In this document: one piece after another, positions 26,745-36,788 of the stretch
How positions within the stretch are numbered: position 1 is the first letter of the stretch
How the letters are laid out: each line of letters starts with the position of its first letter
Source: Candidatus Thorarchaeota archaeon
Lineage (GTDB): Archaea > Asgardarchaeota > Thorarchaeia > Thorarchaeales > Thorarchaeaceae
Reading direction: 5' to 3'
DNA: 64,000 nucleotides
Assembly: GCA_016839605.1 (NCBI GenBank)
Contig: JAEOTX010000039.1
Coordinates: 1-64,000, forward strand
Program-made: the position numbers and the translations under genes
The notes under the pieces: model-generated
What the model was told of the DNA's origin: nothing
Database searches by the model: none
Seen by the model: only the letters and a program-made list of their open reading frames with translations

Positions 26745-29204
26745 CTATGCAAAATCAACCCTGCGGGCTGCATATTCCAATGATTCATTGAAATACTTGC
26801 GGATAATACGAGCAATAGCAGGGCCAACTATGTAATTGATATCACCTGGCATGAGTTTCTTCAGATTTGTCTTTCCTGTTATCTTTCCATTCCTGCGTAA
26901 AGCCCTTATCTCCCGATCTACAATTGATCTTGCTTCTGTGAGTGTCATCGGCTTGGCCGTGGACCCGATGAGACCTTGCTTAATGTCTGTGATAGACCTC
27001 ATCACAAACACAGCCAAGTTCTCAGTGTCGTTAGCAGGAATCATGTTGGTGGCTTTGTGGGTCTTGCATATGTTGTCAGACGGCGTTTCGCCACAAACTG
27101 AGCAGATCTTCCTACCTCTGCTGGTGCGGATATAGTATGACAATAGATTCGCGCATTTCGAATCGTCATTAGCGTTCCATTCAAGGCCTTTGACGCCTAC
27201 CCTTCCAATAGCTCTAAACACGGTCTGACTCTTTGTATATATCCAAGTCAGAACATCAAGTGATGCTTTCTTGCTGTCAGCTACCTTCTGCTCCTCAAGT
27301 TTGGCTTCAAGCACCAATTCCTCCTTGGCAAGCTTCTTCCGACGTTCGGTTCTCAAGAACCGATGCATGACGTCATATGCAATTGCATAGTTATCAAAGT
27401 CCAACTGGTCAGTCACGAGTTCAGTATCAATGACTCCTTCAAAGACTGGACTTGGAGTGCTATCAAGCTCAGTCTTGGCAGCGGTCATGTCTTTGTTGGA
27501 TAGCCGAGCATGCATCCACGAAGTGATGTCTGGGGCTTTCAAGTCGGGATAGACTATCTTTAGCTCGTAGATTCTCTGAGATGCCAGATCGATGAGGATT
27601 TCTTCTCGAAGGGCTTGAAGGTCGGTTTCAGGACTCTCATATATACTCTTGAGAAGTGCCTTGATACGCAAGAGGTCCTGCTTGGAACGGATATAGGTTT
27701 CAACCACGCGTGAGAGGTTTGTGAGGATTCCTGAAGTAAGATGCCATACTAGGTCAAATCGAAGTGCTGCGATTGTTTCGCCATGACGACGGTGTCGAAC
27801 TATATCGGAAGATGATGATACGCCAATAGAACTGAGCGCGCCCTGCTTGACTTTTTCTCGAGCCTCAAGTAATCGCTTGACATCTTCTGAGGAAGGAACT
27901 CGAGTCTTTTGCTTAAGTGCCTCCAGAACCTTGACCTCGAAGCCAATAAGTGAGTCGCGGTCTTTTGCCAACGTTTCAATGGTGAACTTCTCGAGTTCTG
28001 ACGCCCTGAGACCTTGCGCTTTCAGTGCACCCTTGACAGGTCGTTCCAAAATGTTTTCGAGCTTGTCTATAGCTTTGAGTGATCGCTCCAAGTAATCCAT
28101 TTCTACCTCGCTTACAGCGGGACCTGCGGTCTCTGTTTTGTCGGATTTATCTTCATCTGCAATTCGAAATCCCTTGACCAAATCAGTAGGATCTGACAAG
28201 CCCTTACGCCTTAATGCTGCGGCTATGTCGGTCGAGGGTATCTGTAGGAGATGAGAGAGTAAGTCGAATGCCCCTGCTGGATTCACTTCAATAGCTGCAG
28301 CTACCTCTTCCGACACCTTGTTGACAAGCTGTTTTTCATATTCATCCAATGTTGTAGCACCTGCCAATTGCGCCTCAACTGCAGTTAGAAAATTCAGACG
28401 TATCTCCTGAGCACGCTTAATACTAGCTAGGTGATCAGCAGGTCTGCAATATCTATTTGCCACGTCTTTTGCGATATCACCCATTGTAGCAGGATACAAC
28501 ATTGACTCCACGATGTGCGAATTAGCATACCGCGGCTCGCCCCATATTCGCTTTAGACCCTCCTTCAGAACAGTGATCTCTATAACTTCGGCATCATGCT
28601 CACGAAGAACTTCTTCTCGAAGAGACATGGAGGTTTCCTTCAATCCGGAAGCCTTGGAATAGAGGTCTTCTCTCAGCTTCACATCAAATTCCGAAAGCTG
28701 ATTGAGCAAGTCGATGTCATGATTTTGAGAGAATTCACTTGGAATCATTCCAAGATGTTCCTTGAGTAGGTCCTCTGTTCTTGCCAAGGTTTCGTCATCT
28801 GCAGGGTTTCTATTTCCAAGCTCATCACAGAAGCGAATTATAAATTGAGCGAGTATTTTTCCGACAGCAACTTCTTCGCGTTGTTTGGAACCAAGAATGT
28901 GTCGGACTTCATTCTCTAGCTGCACCCTTGTTTCCACGCCAACCTTCTCTTGATCTTCAATGCTGAGGTTCTGAGTGTCTTCAATGGTATGCAATCGAAC
29001 TCCTTGGTAACTCTGCAAATAGAATGACGCAAAGGCCGCAAAGACCTCATCTAATGGACGAGGATCAGGACTCATTTCATTGAAGATCTGTCTGGCTCTG
29101 GTGCTTCTTAGATGAGTAGCTAGAGCTTCACGAAGGATGATTTCTTTGCCAGCCTCACTCATCTGTCGTGTCTTGATAATCCACGAAGTTGACAAATCAG
29201 ACAC
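26745..29204 (-). CDS. Large alpha-helical hypothetical protein (819 aa) with C-terminal CxxC...CxxH zinc site
   Basis: Long ORF overlapping the upstream stop; CSVCG...CKTH. Confidence 0.7.
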   Translation of the reverse strand: MSDLSTSWIIKTRQMSEAGKEIILREALATHLRSTRARQIFNEMSPDPRPLDEVFAAFASFYLQSYQGVRLHTIEDTQNLSIEDQEKVGVETRVQLENEVRHILGSKQREEVAVGKILAQFIIRFCDELGNRNPADDETLARTEDLLKEHLGMIPSEFSQNHDIDLLNQLSEFDVKLREDLYSKASGLKETSMSLREEVLREHDAEVIEITVLKEGLKRIWGEPRYANSHIVESMLYPATMGDIAKDVANRYCRPADHLASIKRAQEIRLNFLTAVEAQLAGATTLDEYEKQLVNKVSEEVAAAIEVNPAGAFDLLSHLLQIPSTDIAAALRRKGLSDPTDLVKGFRIADEDKSDKTETAGPAVSEVEMDYLERSLKAIDKLENILERPVKGALKAQGLRASELEKFTIETLAKDRDSLIGFEVKVLEALKQKTRVPSSEDVKRLLEAREKVKQGALSSIGVSSSSDIVRHRRHGETIAALRFDLVWHLTSGILTNLSRVVETYIRSKQDLLRIKALLKSIYESPETDLQALREEILIDLASQRIYELKIVYPDLKAPDITSWMHARLSNKDMTAAKTELDSTPSPVFEGVIDTELVTDQLDFDNYAIAYDVMHRFLRTERRKKLAKEELVLEAKLEEQKVADSKKASLDVLTWIYTKSQTVFRAIGRVGVKGLEWNANDDSKCANLLSYYIRTSRGRKICSVCGETPSDNICKTHKATNMIPANDTENLAVFVMRSITDIKQGLIGSTAKPMTLTEARSIVDREIRALRRNGKITGKTNLKKLMPGDINYIVGPAIARIIRKYFNESLEYAARRVDFA

Positions 29205-31932
29205 CTCCTATGTTTCGGAAGTGGGTATCGCCCACAGTTACAGTCAGCTCGTTACCGACATGTTCGTATGTCACCAGATAAATAAGTTCAGGACTCTTGG
29301 GATCCCTCAGATAAGCCCTAGTGGCGCGTGGCAACAGTTTTCCTAAACTTCTAATCTCCGTGTTGCGCAAATACTCAAGAAAGCCCTCCCCAATCTCTAC
29401 TGTCAATTCGCCCGATGCTGCTGATGCTTCCGACAGCATCTGATTCAGGCTTTCTGCAAAGACTTGTTCCATCTTCTCTTGAGCCACATCCATACTATTT
29501 AGCTTCTCGGTCAGTAGGTCTCGGAGATCGATGTAGTACTGCATTTCAGGTGGCGGTACAGGCTTCTCAGGAACTGGTATCTCCTCCATTTCTGGGAATT
29601 GATTATTCACCTCAACAATTCTAACATCGAGGGATTGTGGACGCTTCGGCTCAGTGAGTGGTGGATGAGGCTCAGTAAGTACTGGAGGAGGCTCAATAGG
29701 TACTGGAGGAGACTCACCGAGTGCTGCAGGAGGCATTTCCTCAGGCAAAATCCTAGCAGCTTCCACATCTCTGCGATACTTCTCCATTTCATTATCGTAG
29801 CGGACCACATCTCTGCGATACTTCTCCATTTCGTCATCATAGCGGGCCTTCTCCTCATTGTACTGAGTTTCAGCAATGGTGATCGCCTCCGCCCGTTTCC
29901 TGTTATTTTCGCGGATGGGTTGATTCTCTGATTCAATGCGCCTGCAATTGTCTTCCCAATCCTCTACAATCAGCTGGTAGGCTTTCTCCTGCTGATTAGC
30001 CTCGAAAGTGACCTTGTCAACTATGGCCTGCGCAGTCGAACCTAATCCAACCTTGTTATGCACAAATCTAAGAAGCGCCAAGAACTTCTCTGGCACTTTC
30101 ATCTGCGGTTCTACGGTCTCGAGATATCCTCTAATCCATGTGCGGGCCTCATCTCTCCATTCATCAGGCTTTTGAGTCATGCCTTCTATAAATTCGCCAA
30201 TCTCCTTAGTTAAGTCAGCTCCTTCACTAATCACTTTGTCAATGACCCTTCTTACCAGTGTCTTTGAGAGGAGAGTATCAGCAACATTGGGAATGATATT
30301 CAGAACAAGATCCTCGAATGTTTCCAGCATTGCGAGGATAGCTTTCCCATTCTCCGAGAGTTCCTGTGAGTCAGGTCCAGCTGCATACTTGCGGGCTATC
30401 TCGGATTTGGCGATTTCAGCTACATCACTAAATCCGACAAGATCCCAGACATCAATTCGTTCAAAGGCCTCCAGCATGTCCTTGTTAATAATGGCAAGAA
30501 TTTCATCCAAGTTACGATACTCAGAGCCTTCGTAGGAAACCTTGTCGAAGATGGCGTTCATTTGGGAATGCAATTCAACATAGAATTTCTCAAAGAGCAT
30601 TCTATCTGTGGCTTCAGTAGTGGACGATTTCATCTGTTCTTGGAATCTATTCAAGGCTGACAGGAAGGCTTGTCTTGCAGCTGTGACGATTAGAAACTGA
30701 TTCAATGCATCTGAGAAATAGCGAATTGTTCGCTTCGCGTAGAGGTTGAAGTACGACACTGTGCTTCCAAGCCGCCATGCTCTAACCTCAGAAATATCAT
30801 AGAAACCACGCTGAACTGATTTCATCAGCTCTTCTGTCATTGCCCGCGCAATGGTTTTTCTGAAACCAACGAACCAATCATCATGCATTTCAATCTGAGC
30901 CAAAATCTCAGCCTTATGGTCAGGCAAAGAGAGAGTCTTTCCCGATTTTACATGTTGCTCAGCAATCTTTTCGAATGACTCTACTGATTCAGAGAGCATT
31001 GATACGAACTCGCCAAGTTCTCTCTTGAATGAGTGCAAATCACGGAGGGCAATTTCACTGCGGCCGAGAAACTTAGAGAATATTCTAGTTGTGGCAGTTG
31101 CGATATCAACTTCCTCTATGCTGTATGCGTAGATATTCAACTCGTTTAGGATTGCTCGTCCCGTTTCAGGCACCTTGACAGCAATTGCTTCGAGACCCCG
31201 CGGGGTTAATATTCTATGTTTGAAATGCTTGAGAACTGTGTCTTCGCTCTCTCGAGGCATGAAGAATTCGAGAAGAGTCCGGTCCATGACTTTGATTCCT
31301 GGCGGGAGCAATGTGAAGTCTTCTCGAAAGTTCATTGTTACTGCGACTTCTTTGTCCACATGCTCAGGTTTGAGCTGAAGAGAATCCCAAGAAGCTTGAA
31401 AGCGTCTGTCCAGCATCTCAACGAAGATAACGCGATTTAGCCGATCATTGAATCTTCTGAGCACAGGGAGACCATGTGTTTCATAGCTCATTCCGTTGCT
31501 GATAACAGCACTCTCGATATCAGACATCTTCTTGGACAACGTCTGCATATGTTCGTCAATCCTGAATGGATCAACCGCTCCTTTCTCCCAGCTGAGAATA
31601 ACAACGTGAGAACCAATCCCTTCTGAAGTTCCTCCAGCAACCACTAACTGTTCTGGAAGTACACCAGGACCCGGCGTTCGTTCCAAGTCCCATTCGAGAG
31701 AGAGAAGCTCGAGGCCCTCAGCATCCAAGAGAGCATCGCGGATAGCAAAAACAAGAGGAGCAATATTCATTGCAACTGTATCAGAATTCTCTTCCATCAT
31801 ACTACCAGAGCCCACGGCACTACCCAAAGGATATCCCAGATTCGTAGTAGTACCAAGAACAGAAGCAGAGGCCATTCTAATGGCTTCTACTGTGCTCGGA
31901 GTGTCGACTTTCTTGTCTGACCGACTCATCAT
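29197..31932 (-). CDS. Large hypothetical protein (911 aa): possible roadblock/longin-like N-terminus, helical core, coiled coil with Pro-rich hinge
   Basis: Long ORF; internal 14-aa and 7-aa repeats. Confidence 0.7.
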   Translation of the reverse strand: MMSRSDKKVDTPSTVEAIRMASASVLGTTTNLGYPLGSAVGSGSMMEENSDTVAMNIAPLVFAIRDALLDAEGLELLSLEWDLERTPGPGVLPEQLVVAGGTSEGIGSHVVILSWEKGAVDPFRIDEHMQTLSKKMSDIESAVISNGMSYETHGLPVLRRFNDRLNRVIFVEMLDRRFQASWDSLQLKPEHVDKEVAVTMNFREDFTLLPPGIKVMDRTLLEFFMPRESEDTVLKHFKHRILTPRGLEAIAVKVPETGRAILNELNIYAYSIEEVDIATATTRIFSKFLGRSEIALRDLHSFKRELGEFVSMLSESVESFEKIAEQHVKSGKTLSLPDHKAEILAQIEMHDDWFVGFRKTIARAMTEELMKSVQRGFYDISEVRAWRLGSTVSYFNLYAKRTIRYFSDALNQFLIVTAARQAFLSALNRFQEQMKSSTTEATDRMLFEKFYVELHSQMNAIFDKVSYEGSEYRNLDEILAIINKDMLEAFERIDVWDLVGFSDVAEIAKSEIARKYAAGPDSQELSENGKAILAMLETFEDLVLNIIPNVADTLLSKTLVRRVIDKVISEGADLTKEIGEFIEGMTQKPDEWRDEARTWIRGYLETVEPQMKVPEKFLALLRFVHNKVGLGSTAQAIVDKVTFEANQQEKAYQLIVEDWEDNCRRIESENQPIRENNRKRAEAITIAETQYNEEKARYDDEMEKYRRDVVRYDNEMEKYRRDVEAARILPEEMPPAALGESPPVPIEPPPVLTEPHPPLTEPKRPQSLDVRIVEVNNQFPEMEEIPVPEKPVPPPEMQYYIDLRDLLTEKLNSMDVAQEKMEQVFAESLNQMLSEASAASGELTVEIGEGFLEYLRNTEIRSLGKLLPRATRAYLRDPKSPELIYLVTYEHVGNELTVTVGDTHFRNIGGV
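29648..29846 (-). repeat. Coding tandem repeats: 4 x 21 nt (EPPPVLT-like) and 2 x 42 nt (RYDxEMEKYRRDVx)
   Basis: 21-nt units from 29648; ccacatctctgcgatacttctccatttc identical at 29763 and 29805. Confidence 0.9.
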
Positions 31933-32021
31933 AAGACCGCCTAGCTATGAAGCAACATCTAGGTTGGAATAAGAGGACACTGTCAGGCTGATTATTGAAT
32001 GTAGCTCGAATGGCCTCAATC

Positions 32022-32966
32022 CTATTTAGGCGACCATACTCCCTTGTCATCTGTCCTGACTAAGCCAGCTCTCTGGAAACCCTGAAGCACGGCCGTGATT
32101 GTTGTGACTAGCAGAAATTCGTAGCTCTGTGGGACAGGTATGCTTCGTGACTGCCTGATATCAAAGACCAGTTGCTCAACATCTGCTTCATTCCTGGCTT
32201 CGAGATGCTGAAGAATGCTGTCTTGAAAATGAATGACACCATCTCCGACTTGTTCAATAAGAAGACGGACGTCTTCAAAGAGATGAGGAATATCATGAGC
32301 TGGAAGAAGGTAATCAGCTCCAAGCGACTTCATTGTCGACAAGGCGGTGCTTCTTGCAGACATACTCCCGCTTAGATCCAGGTAGAACTTCCGGGGATCA
32401 TTAGGAAAGTTGCTAGCTTCATCTCCTGTAAACAGAACCTTGTTTGCTCTGTCATGGAATACACAATGCCCTGCACTATGGCCTCCTGTATGAATTACAT
32501 GCAGAGTGACATCTCCTACATTTACAGTGTTACCATCACGGAGCAGCCTGAAAGGTTCTACACCCTTATAATTCACTCTAAGAGGTCCCCTGTCGACCTT
32601 CATTGTCATCCGCTCCGCGACATCAAGAAACATCCGCTCTTTCAGAAAGAGCTGAGGGTCTTCAAGAATGGGACCATCCTTTTCACCTATGAGCACGGGT
32701 GCGCCTGTAGTTTTCTTTAATCTATGTGCGCCTCCAACATGATCTGGATGGCCGTGAGTACAGAGGATGCCTACGACATCACCAGGACCAAGACCTATGT
32801 CGCGAAGGAGTTGAATAATGTTATCTCCGGGATCTCCCGCAGTTCCAGGATCGATTACCAGTGCACTCTCGTCGCTCACCACAACGTACGATGAGATGAA
32901 ACCGAACTCGTCTGCGAATTTTCCCCTAATCATGTAGACTCCCGGAATGATCTCTGAGGCTGCCAT
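32022..32966 (-). CDS. MBL-fold metallo-hydrolase with C-terminal wHTH
   Basis: THGHPDHVGG, GGHSAGH, FTGD, PAH. Confidence 0.9.
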   Translation of the reverse strand: MAASEIIPGVYMIRGKFADEFGFISSYVVVSDESALVIDPGTAGDPGDNIIQLLRDIGLGPGDVVGILCTHGHPDHVGGAHRLKKTTGAPVLIGEKDGPILEDPQLFLKERMFLDVAERMTMKVDRGPLRVNYKGVEPFRLLRDGNTVNVGDVTLHVIHTGGHSAGHCVFHDRANKVLFTGDEASNFPNDPRKFYLDLSGSMSARSTALSTMKSLGADYLLPAHDIPHLFEDVRLLIEQVGDGVIHFQDSILQHLEARNEADVEQLVFDIRQSRSIPVPQSYEFLLVTTITAVLQGFQRAGLVRTDDKGVWSPK

Positions 32967-33081
32967 CGTTGTGGTGGTAAAGGGACCATTCCTTATGATG
33001 ATATCGTAGGTCAGTGACGCTTATCAGCCGAAGTGTTGAGGCTATCATCAATGTAAACGAACTACTTGAGGAACCTACTCA

Positions 33082-33534
33082 ATGAAAGGAGTCTATGCGC
33101 TTGTCATCTTCATTCCAGATGACATTGATGTACGAATTGGTGCGCTTGGAACACAAAGGTTCGAAGCAAGCATATGGGTCTATGTCGGATCAGCATTTGG
33201 GAATGGATCAACCAGTCTTGAACATCGCATACGAAGACACTTCTCTCAGGAGAAGAAGATACATTGGCACATTGACCTGCTAATGGAGGTCACCGGACCA
33301 CCTACCCGCGTTATTTGGTCGGAATCTGATAGGAAGAGAGAATGCGAGATTGCCAATAAGCTGGGACAACATGCAGATTTCATTGAGGGGCCTAAAGGAT
33401 TTGGTTCGTCTGACTGCAAAGCAAAATGCGGAACTCATCTTTTCAGACATAATGGAAGGAATACATTGATGGCTATGGAGCAGCTGTTTGAAGAGATAGG
33501 TCTTGAGCCTCGGTCATTAGAGGACTTGTCCTGA
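33082..33534 (+). CDS. GIY-YIG nuclease family protein (DUF123/Uri-like)
   Basis: KGVYAL, YVGSA, RIRRH, HWHID, GFGSSDC..C.THL. Confidence 0.88.
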   Translation: MKGVYALVIFIPDDIDVRIGALGTQRFEASIWVYVGSAFGNGSTSLEHRIRRHFSQEKKIHWHIDLLMEVTGPPTRVIWSESDRKRECEIANKLGQHADFIEGPKGFGSSDCKAKCGTHLFRHNGRNTLMAMEQLFEEIGLEPRSLEDLS

Positions 33535-33608
33535 GGGTGAAGCATTACACAGGTGGCAAGTGTTAAATGGCTCAAACATGATGGACAGTATCCACTGGAG
33601 GAAATGCC

Positions 33609-33821
33609 TTGCCAAACTGGAAGGAAATATTCACAAACCTCAATGAAACCCAGCAGACCTTCACAGTGTATCTGCGCTACACACAGAAAGATACACTGGC
33701 GAAGATTCTGAACGTTCGAGTCTTTGAAGTCCATGATGACTACGTGAAGCTAGAGAATCCTAGCGGGTTTGGAATCCTTGCCTACGAGGATGTACTCTAC
33801 ATCGTGATACCAAAAACCTAG
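33609..33821 (+). CDS. Small hypothetical protein, possible Sm/LSm-like beta fold
   Basis: Helix followed by beta strands (TVYL...VFEVHDDYVKL...ILAYEDVLYI); GGAGG SD before TTG. Confidence 0.6.
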   Translation: MPNWKEIFTNLNETQQTFTVYLRYTQKDTLAKILNVRVFEVHDDYVKLENPSGFGILAYEDVLYIVIPKT

Positions 33822-33923
33822 GCCATTGTGGCGGAGCATAAATCCATATACGGTGAACCTTTTTAACAACGCAATTCAGAGAAGGTTCAGACAAGAAGTA
33901 TCGTCTGATAGGTGACAATTCCT

Positions 33924-34883
33924 ATGTCAGCTCCAGTATTCATCCCAATAGAAGGAGAGCGTGTTGTAGCACAAGCTGCGGAGTCCGTAATCAGCAATTA
34001 CAGATTTGCTCAGTTTGATAGAGGCTCCAACACAACTGTCAGTGTTCCACTTCACATTATCAAAGAATACAAGCTCACACCGAGATCTGCTATGTTCAAA
34101 GTTGTGAATGGAATAATCAACGTAATTGGAGCTTTGCCCCAAAGAGAGGAACTGCGCGGTGCGCTGGGGCTTGGAGAGTTCGAGCATCTAAATGCTGGCG
34201 ACCAGAGAAAGCTCTGTGAAGTCTGCGGTGTACCATTCGTTCATCCAGACCACCCGTATAATAGATGGACAAGCACCGGTTACCATCGCAGATTCTCAAG
34301 GCACTTCTACCAGACATTTGCATGGCTAAGAGGAGAGTCTGTCTTCACATATTGGCCAGACGCGTTCATTCTAACTAACTATCGCCTCTACATCTTCGAT
34401 GATAGGAAGAAGAAGATGTACATGTTTCCTCTCCACATGGTAGAAACCTTCGAAGCTCGGAAGAATAGATTGAAGATTAAGGCAACTTCGGGTGAGTTCG
34501 ATATTAGAGGAAAGGTCCCAAGACAAGATCATCTTGTGCAGATGTGGCAGCAAAGAGGCTGGGACGATCTTGCTAAGGACTATCTTGACTGGTTAATCAG
34601 GCCATTCAACTATATCAATCCAAGACATCCACTGTCACAATACACTTACAGTGATTCCGCTTCAGTAGCAACTCAGATTGCACAGGAAACAAAAGAAGAG
34701 GCTCAAGTCAGCTCGGCACAGGCAGGTGCTGCTGGGACAGTCTTTGTCAAACCAATCATTAAGAATCGGTGTGACCATTGCAACGCACCTATGTCGTGGG
34801 AGTCTATTGATTGGACAGGTCCTGATCAATATGCATGTCCAAGCTGTGGCAATACTCATAGAGTGGACTACGTTCGCATGTGA
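33924..34883 (+). CDS. Tandem PH/GRAM-like domain protein with zinc ribbons
   Basis: Two repeats GE.V...(I/L)(S/T)NYR...PLH; internal CEVC..H..H; C-terminal CDHC...CPSC. Confidence 0.65.
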   Translation: MSAPVFIPIEGERVVAQAAESVISNYRFAQFDRGSNTTVSVPLHIIKEYKLTPRSAMFKVVNGIINVIGALPQREELRGALGLGEFEHLNAGDQRKLCEVCGVPFVHPDHPYNRWTSTGYHRRFSRHFYQTFAWLRGESVFTYWPDAFILTNYRLYIFDDRKKKMYMFPLHMVETFEARKNRLKIKATSGEFDIRGKVPRQDHLVQMWQQRGWDDLAKDYLDWLIRPFNYINPRHPLSQYTYSDSASVATQIAQETKEEAQVSSAQAGAAGTVFVKPIIKNRCDHCNAPMSWESIDWTGPDQYACPSCGNTHRVDYVRM

Positions 34884-34894
34884 TGTCAGACCAG

Positions 34895-36787
34895 CTATGG
34901 ATACTTAGCTGTCCACTCCAAGGACAGTCTACGAATGGTCTCATTAGTGGGAAGCCCTGTTTCCAAGTCCCAACCTCTAAGTCTGTAATAGTCATCAAGC
35001 ATCGGTTCTAGGTCCACCACTTGCCCCTTTCCGGGGCCTTCAGGCATCGGTTCGTCAGTGAAACGAGAGGGGAGGTTATCATCCTTACGTGAAATACCTT
35101 CACGCGCATTGAATATCCGTTTTAGATTGACTTGTCTTTCAGCAATCTCAGTGAGAGTGTCTACACTACCAAACTCTTTGACACCAGTTGCCAAAGGCAG
35201 CATGTCGGCAAAGTCCTGCATCCAGAATATCGGTGGCCACGAGACCGAATACCAACAGACAATCAGTGTGTCACGGATACAATAGCTGTTCTCTGACTCA
35301 AAGACAGCATTTGCTTTGTGTTTCTCGGTGTATGGGTCAATAATCTCGGGTAGCTTATCAGCGCCCCAGCGTTCTGCAGCTATGTCTTCATATCCCAGCT
35401 GATCCACGACTACGAGGCTTCTGAGATGATCAGCTCCACGAGCGCCCGTCGCATGCCCTAGACCAATACTCCGATGAGTTCGTCCATCCTGACCTGAAAT
35501 CTCCATCCCTTTCACATGAAGAGCATATTGTTCTGCGCCCTTACCGATCTTTGCTGCAGCCTTTGCACTCCCTTCTGCAAGAATATCGCCAAATCCTTCA
35601 CGTCGCCCCATCATCTCTAGCAGACGGATGGTCATCTCACGATCGCCCCATTCCAGACGAAGTCCACCAGTGTCTTTCTCGTCGATTATTCCGTTTTCAA
35701 ATGCCTCCATGGCAAAACCAATTGTTGCACCAGCCGAAATTATGTCCATTCCATATCTATTGCATACCTGATTGGCCTTGAGCGTAGTTGGATAATCATC
35801 AATGCCAAGAGAGCTGCCAAATGCCATGAGTCCTTCATACTCGGGGCCTTCCTCGAGGGTGCCTGCAAAAAGTCCCTCGCGCACATAGTTCATCTTCTTA
35901 CAGCCAAGACTGCATCCAAAACAGGCTCTGTCAGAGATAGTGTATCGTGGACGAATATAACCTGCTGAAAGCTTTTCCCATCCAGAGAATACCCCAGTTC
36001 TATGATTATACGTGGGTAGTTCTCCTATCTCTTGCTTCACAGCGGTTAGAATCCACGTACCCCAACGGCCCATTTCCTGGGCTTGTGGATTTTCTCTGAC
36101 TCTCTGATGTGCCCTTTTCGCCAATTCAGTAAAACCCTCGTGGTCATGCACCTCTACAGAGCCAGTTCCTCTAATCGCAATGGCTTTTACGTTCTTAGAG
36201 CCTAGAACAGCTCCCATTCCTGTTCTGCCTGCAGCTCTAGCATTATTCACGATGACGGCAGCGAATCGGACTTTGTACTCCCCCGCTGGGCCGATAGCAG
36301 CTACCTGAATTTCAGGGTCCTTGTGCCTATCCTTTATTGCTGCTGTGACATCGTTGGTCGTCATTCCCCAGAGATCACTAGCATCAATAATCTGAAGGTC
36401 ATTGTCTTCTATGAGAATGTACACAGGCTTTTCAGCCGCACCCTCGACGACTAGCATATCATATCCCGCATATTTCAGCTCAGGTCCAAGAAATCCTCCC
36501 ACATGAGATTCACCCCAAATGCCAGTAAGAGCCGCTTTTGACACAAATACAGTCCTGCCACTCATTGGCCATAATGTACCAGTAATGGGACCTGTTGCAA
36601 TCAGGAGCTTGTTCTCAGGACTGAGTGCATCAATCTGTCCAGGTACTTCCTCGTATAAGAGCCGGGCTGCAAAGCCGTCACCTCCAATGTATTCACGAAT
36701 CCATTCTGTAGGGAGCGATTCAGTCCTAAAATCGCCGGCATCAAGAAGCACACGGAGAATCTTACCAGTATAGCCTCCATATTTCAT
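34895..36787 (-). CDS. aor: Tungsten-containing aldehyde:ferredoxin oxidoreductase family
   Basis: GYTGKILRV, AAGRTGMGAVLGSKNVKAI, CFGCSLGC, GPEYE, GMDIIS, RGADH, YYRLRGWD. Confidence 0.93.
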   Translation of the reverse strand: MKYGGYTGKILRVLLDAGDFRTESLPTEWIREYIGGDGFAARLLYEEVPGQIDALSPENKLLIATGPITGTLWPMSGRTVFVSKAALTGIWGESHVGGFLGPELKYAGYDMLVVEGAAEKPVYILIEDNDLQIIDASDLWGMTTNDVTAAIKDRHKDPEIQVAAIGPAGEYKVRFAAVIVNNARAAGRTGMGAVLGSKNVKAIAIRGTGSVEVHDHEGFTELAKRAHQRVRENPQAQEMGRWGTWILTAVKQEIGELPTYNHRTGVFSGWEKLSAGYIRPRYTISDRACFGCSLGCKKMNYVREGLFAGTLEEGPEYEGLMAFGSSLGIDDYPTTLKANQVCNRYGMDIISAGATIGFAMEAFENGIIDEKDTGGLRLEWGDREMTIRLLEMMGRREGFGDILAEGSAKAAAKIGKGAEQYALHVKGMEISGQDGRTHRSIGLGHATGARGADHLRSLVVVDQLGYEDIAAERWGADKLPEIIDPYTEKHKANAVFESENSYCIRDTLIVCWYSVSWPPIFWMQDFADMLPLATGVKEFGSVDTLTEIAERQVNLKRIFNAREGISRKDDNLPSRFTDEPMPEGPGKGQVVDLEPMLDDYYRLRGWDLETGLPTNETIRRLSLEWTAKYP

Positions 36788-36788
36788 T

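Noticed and set aside
33082-33534. GIY-YIG gene as a homing endonuclease or mobile element
   Set aside because: Matches the short DUF123-type archaeal family; no intron, intein or terminal repeats seen
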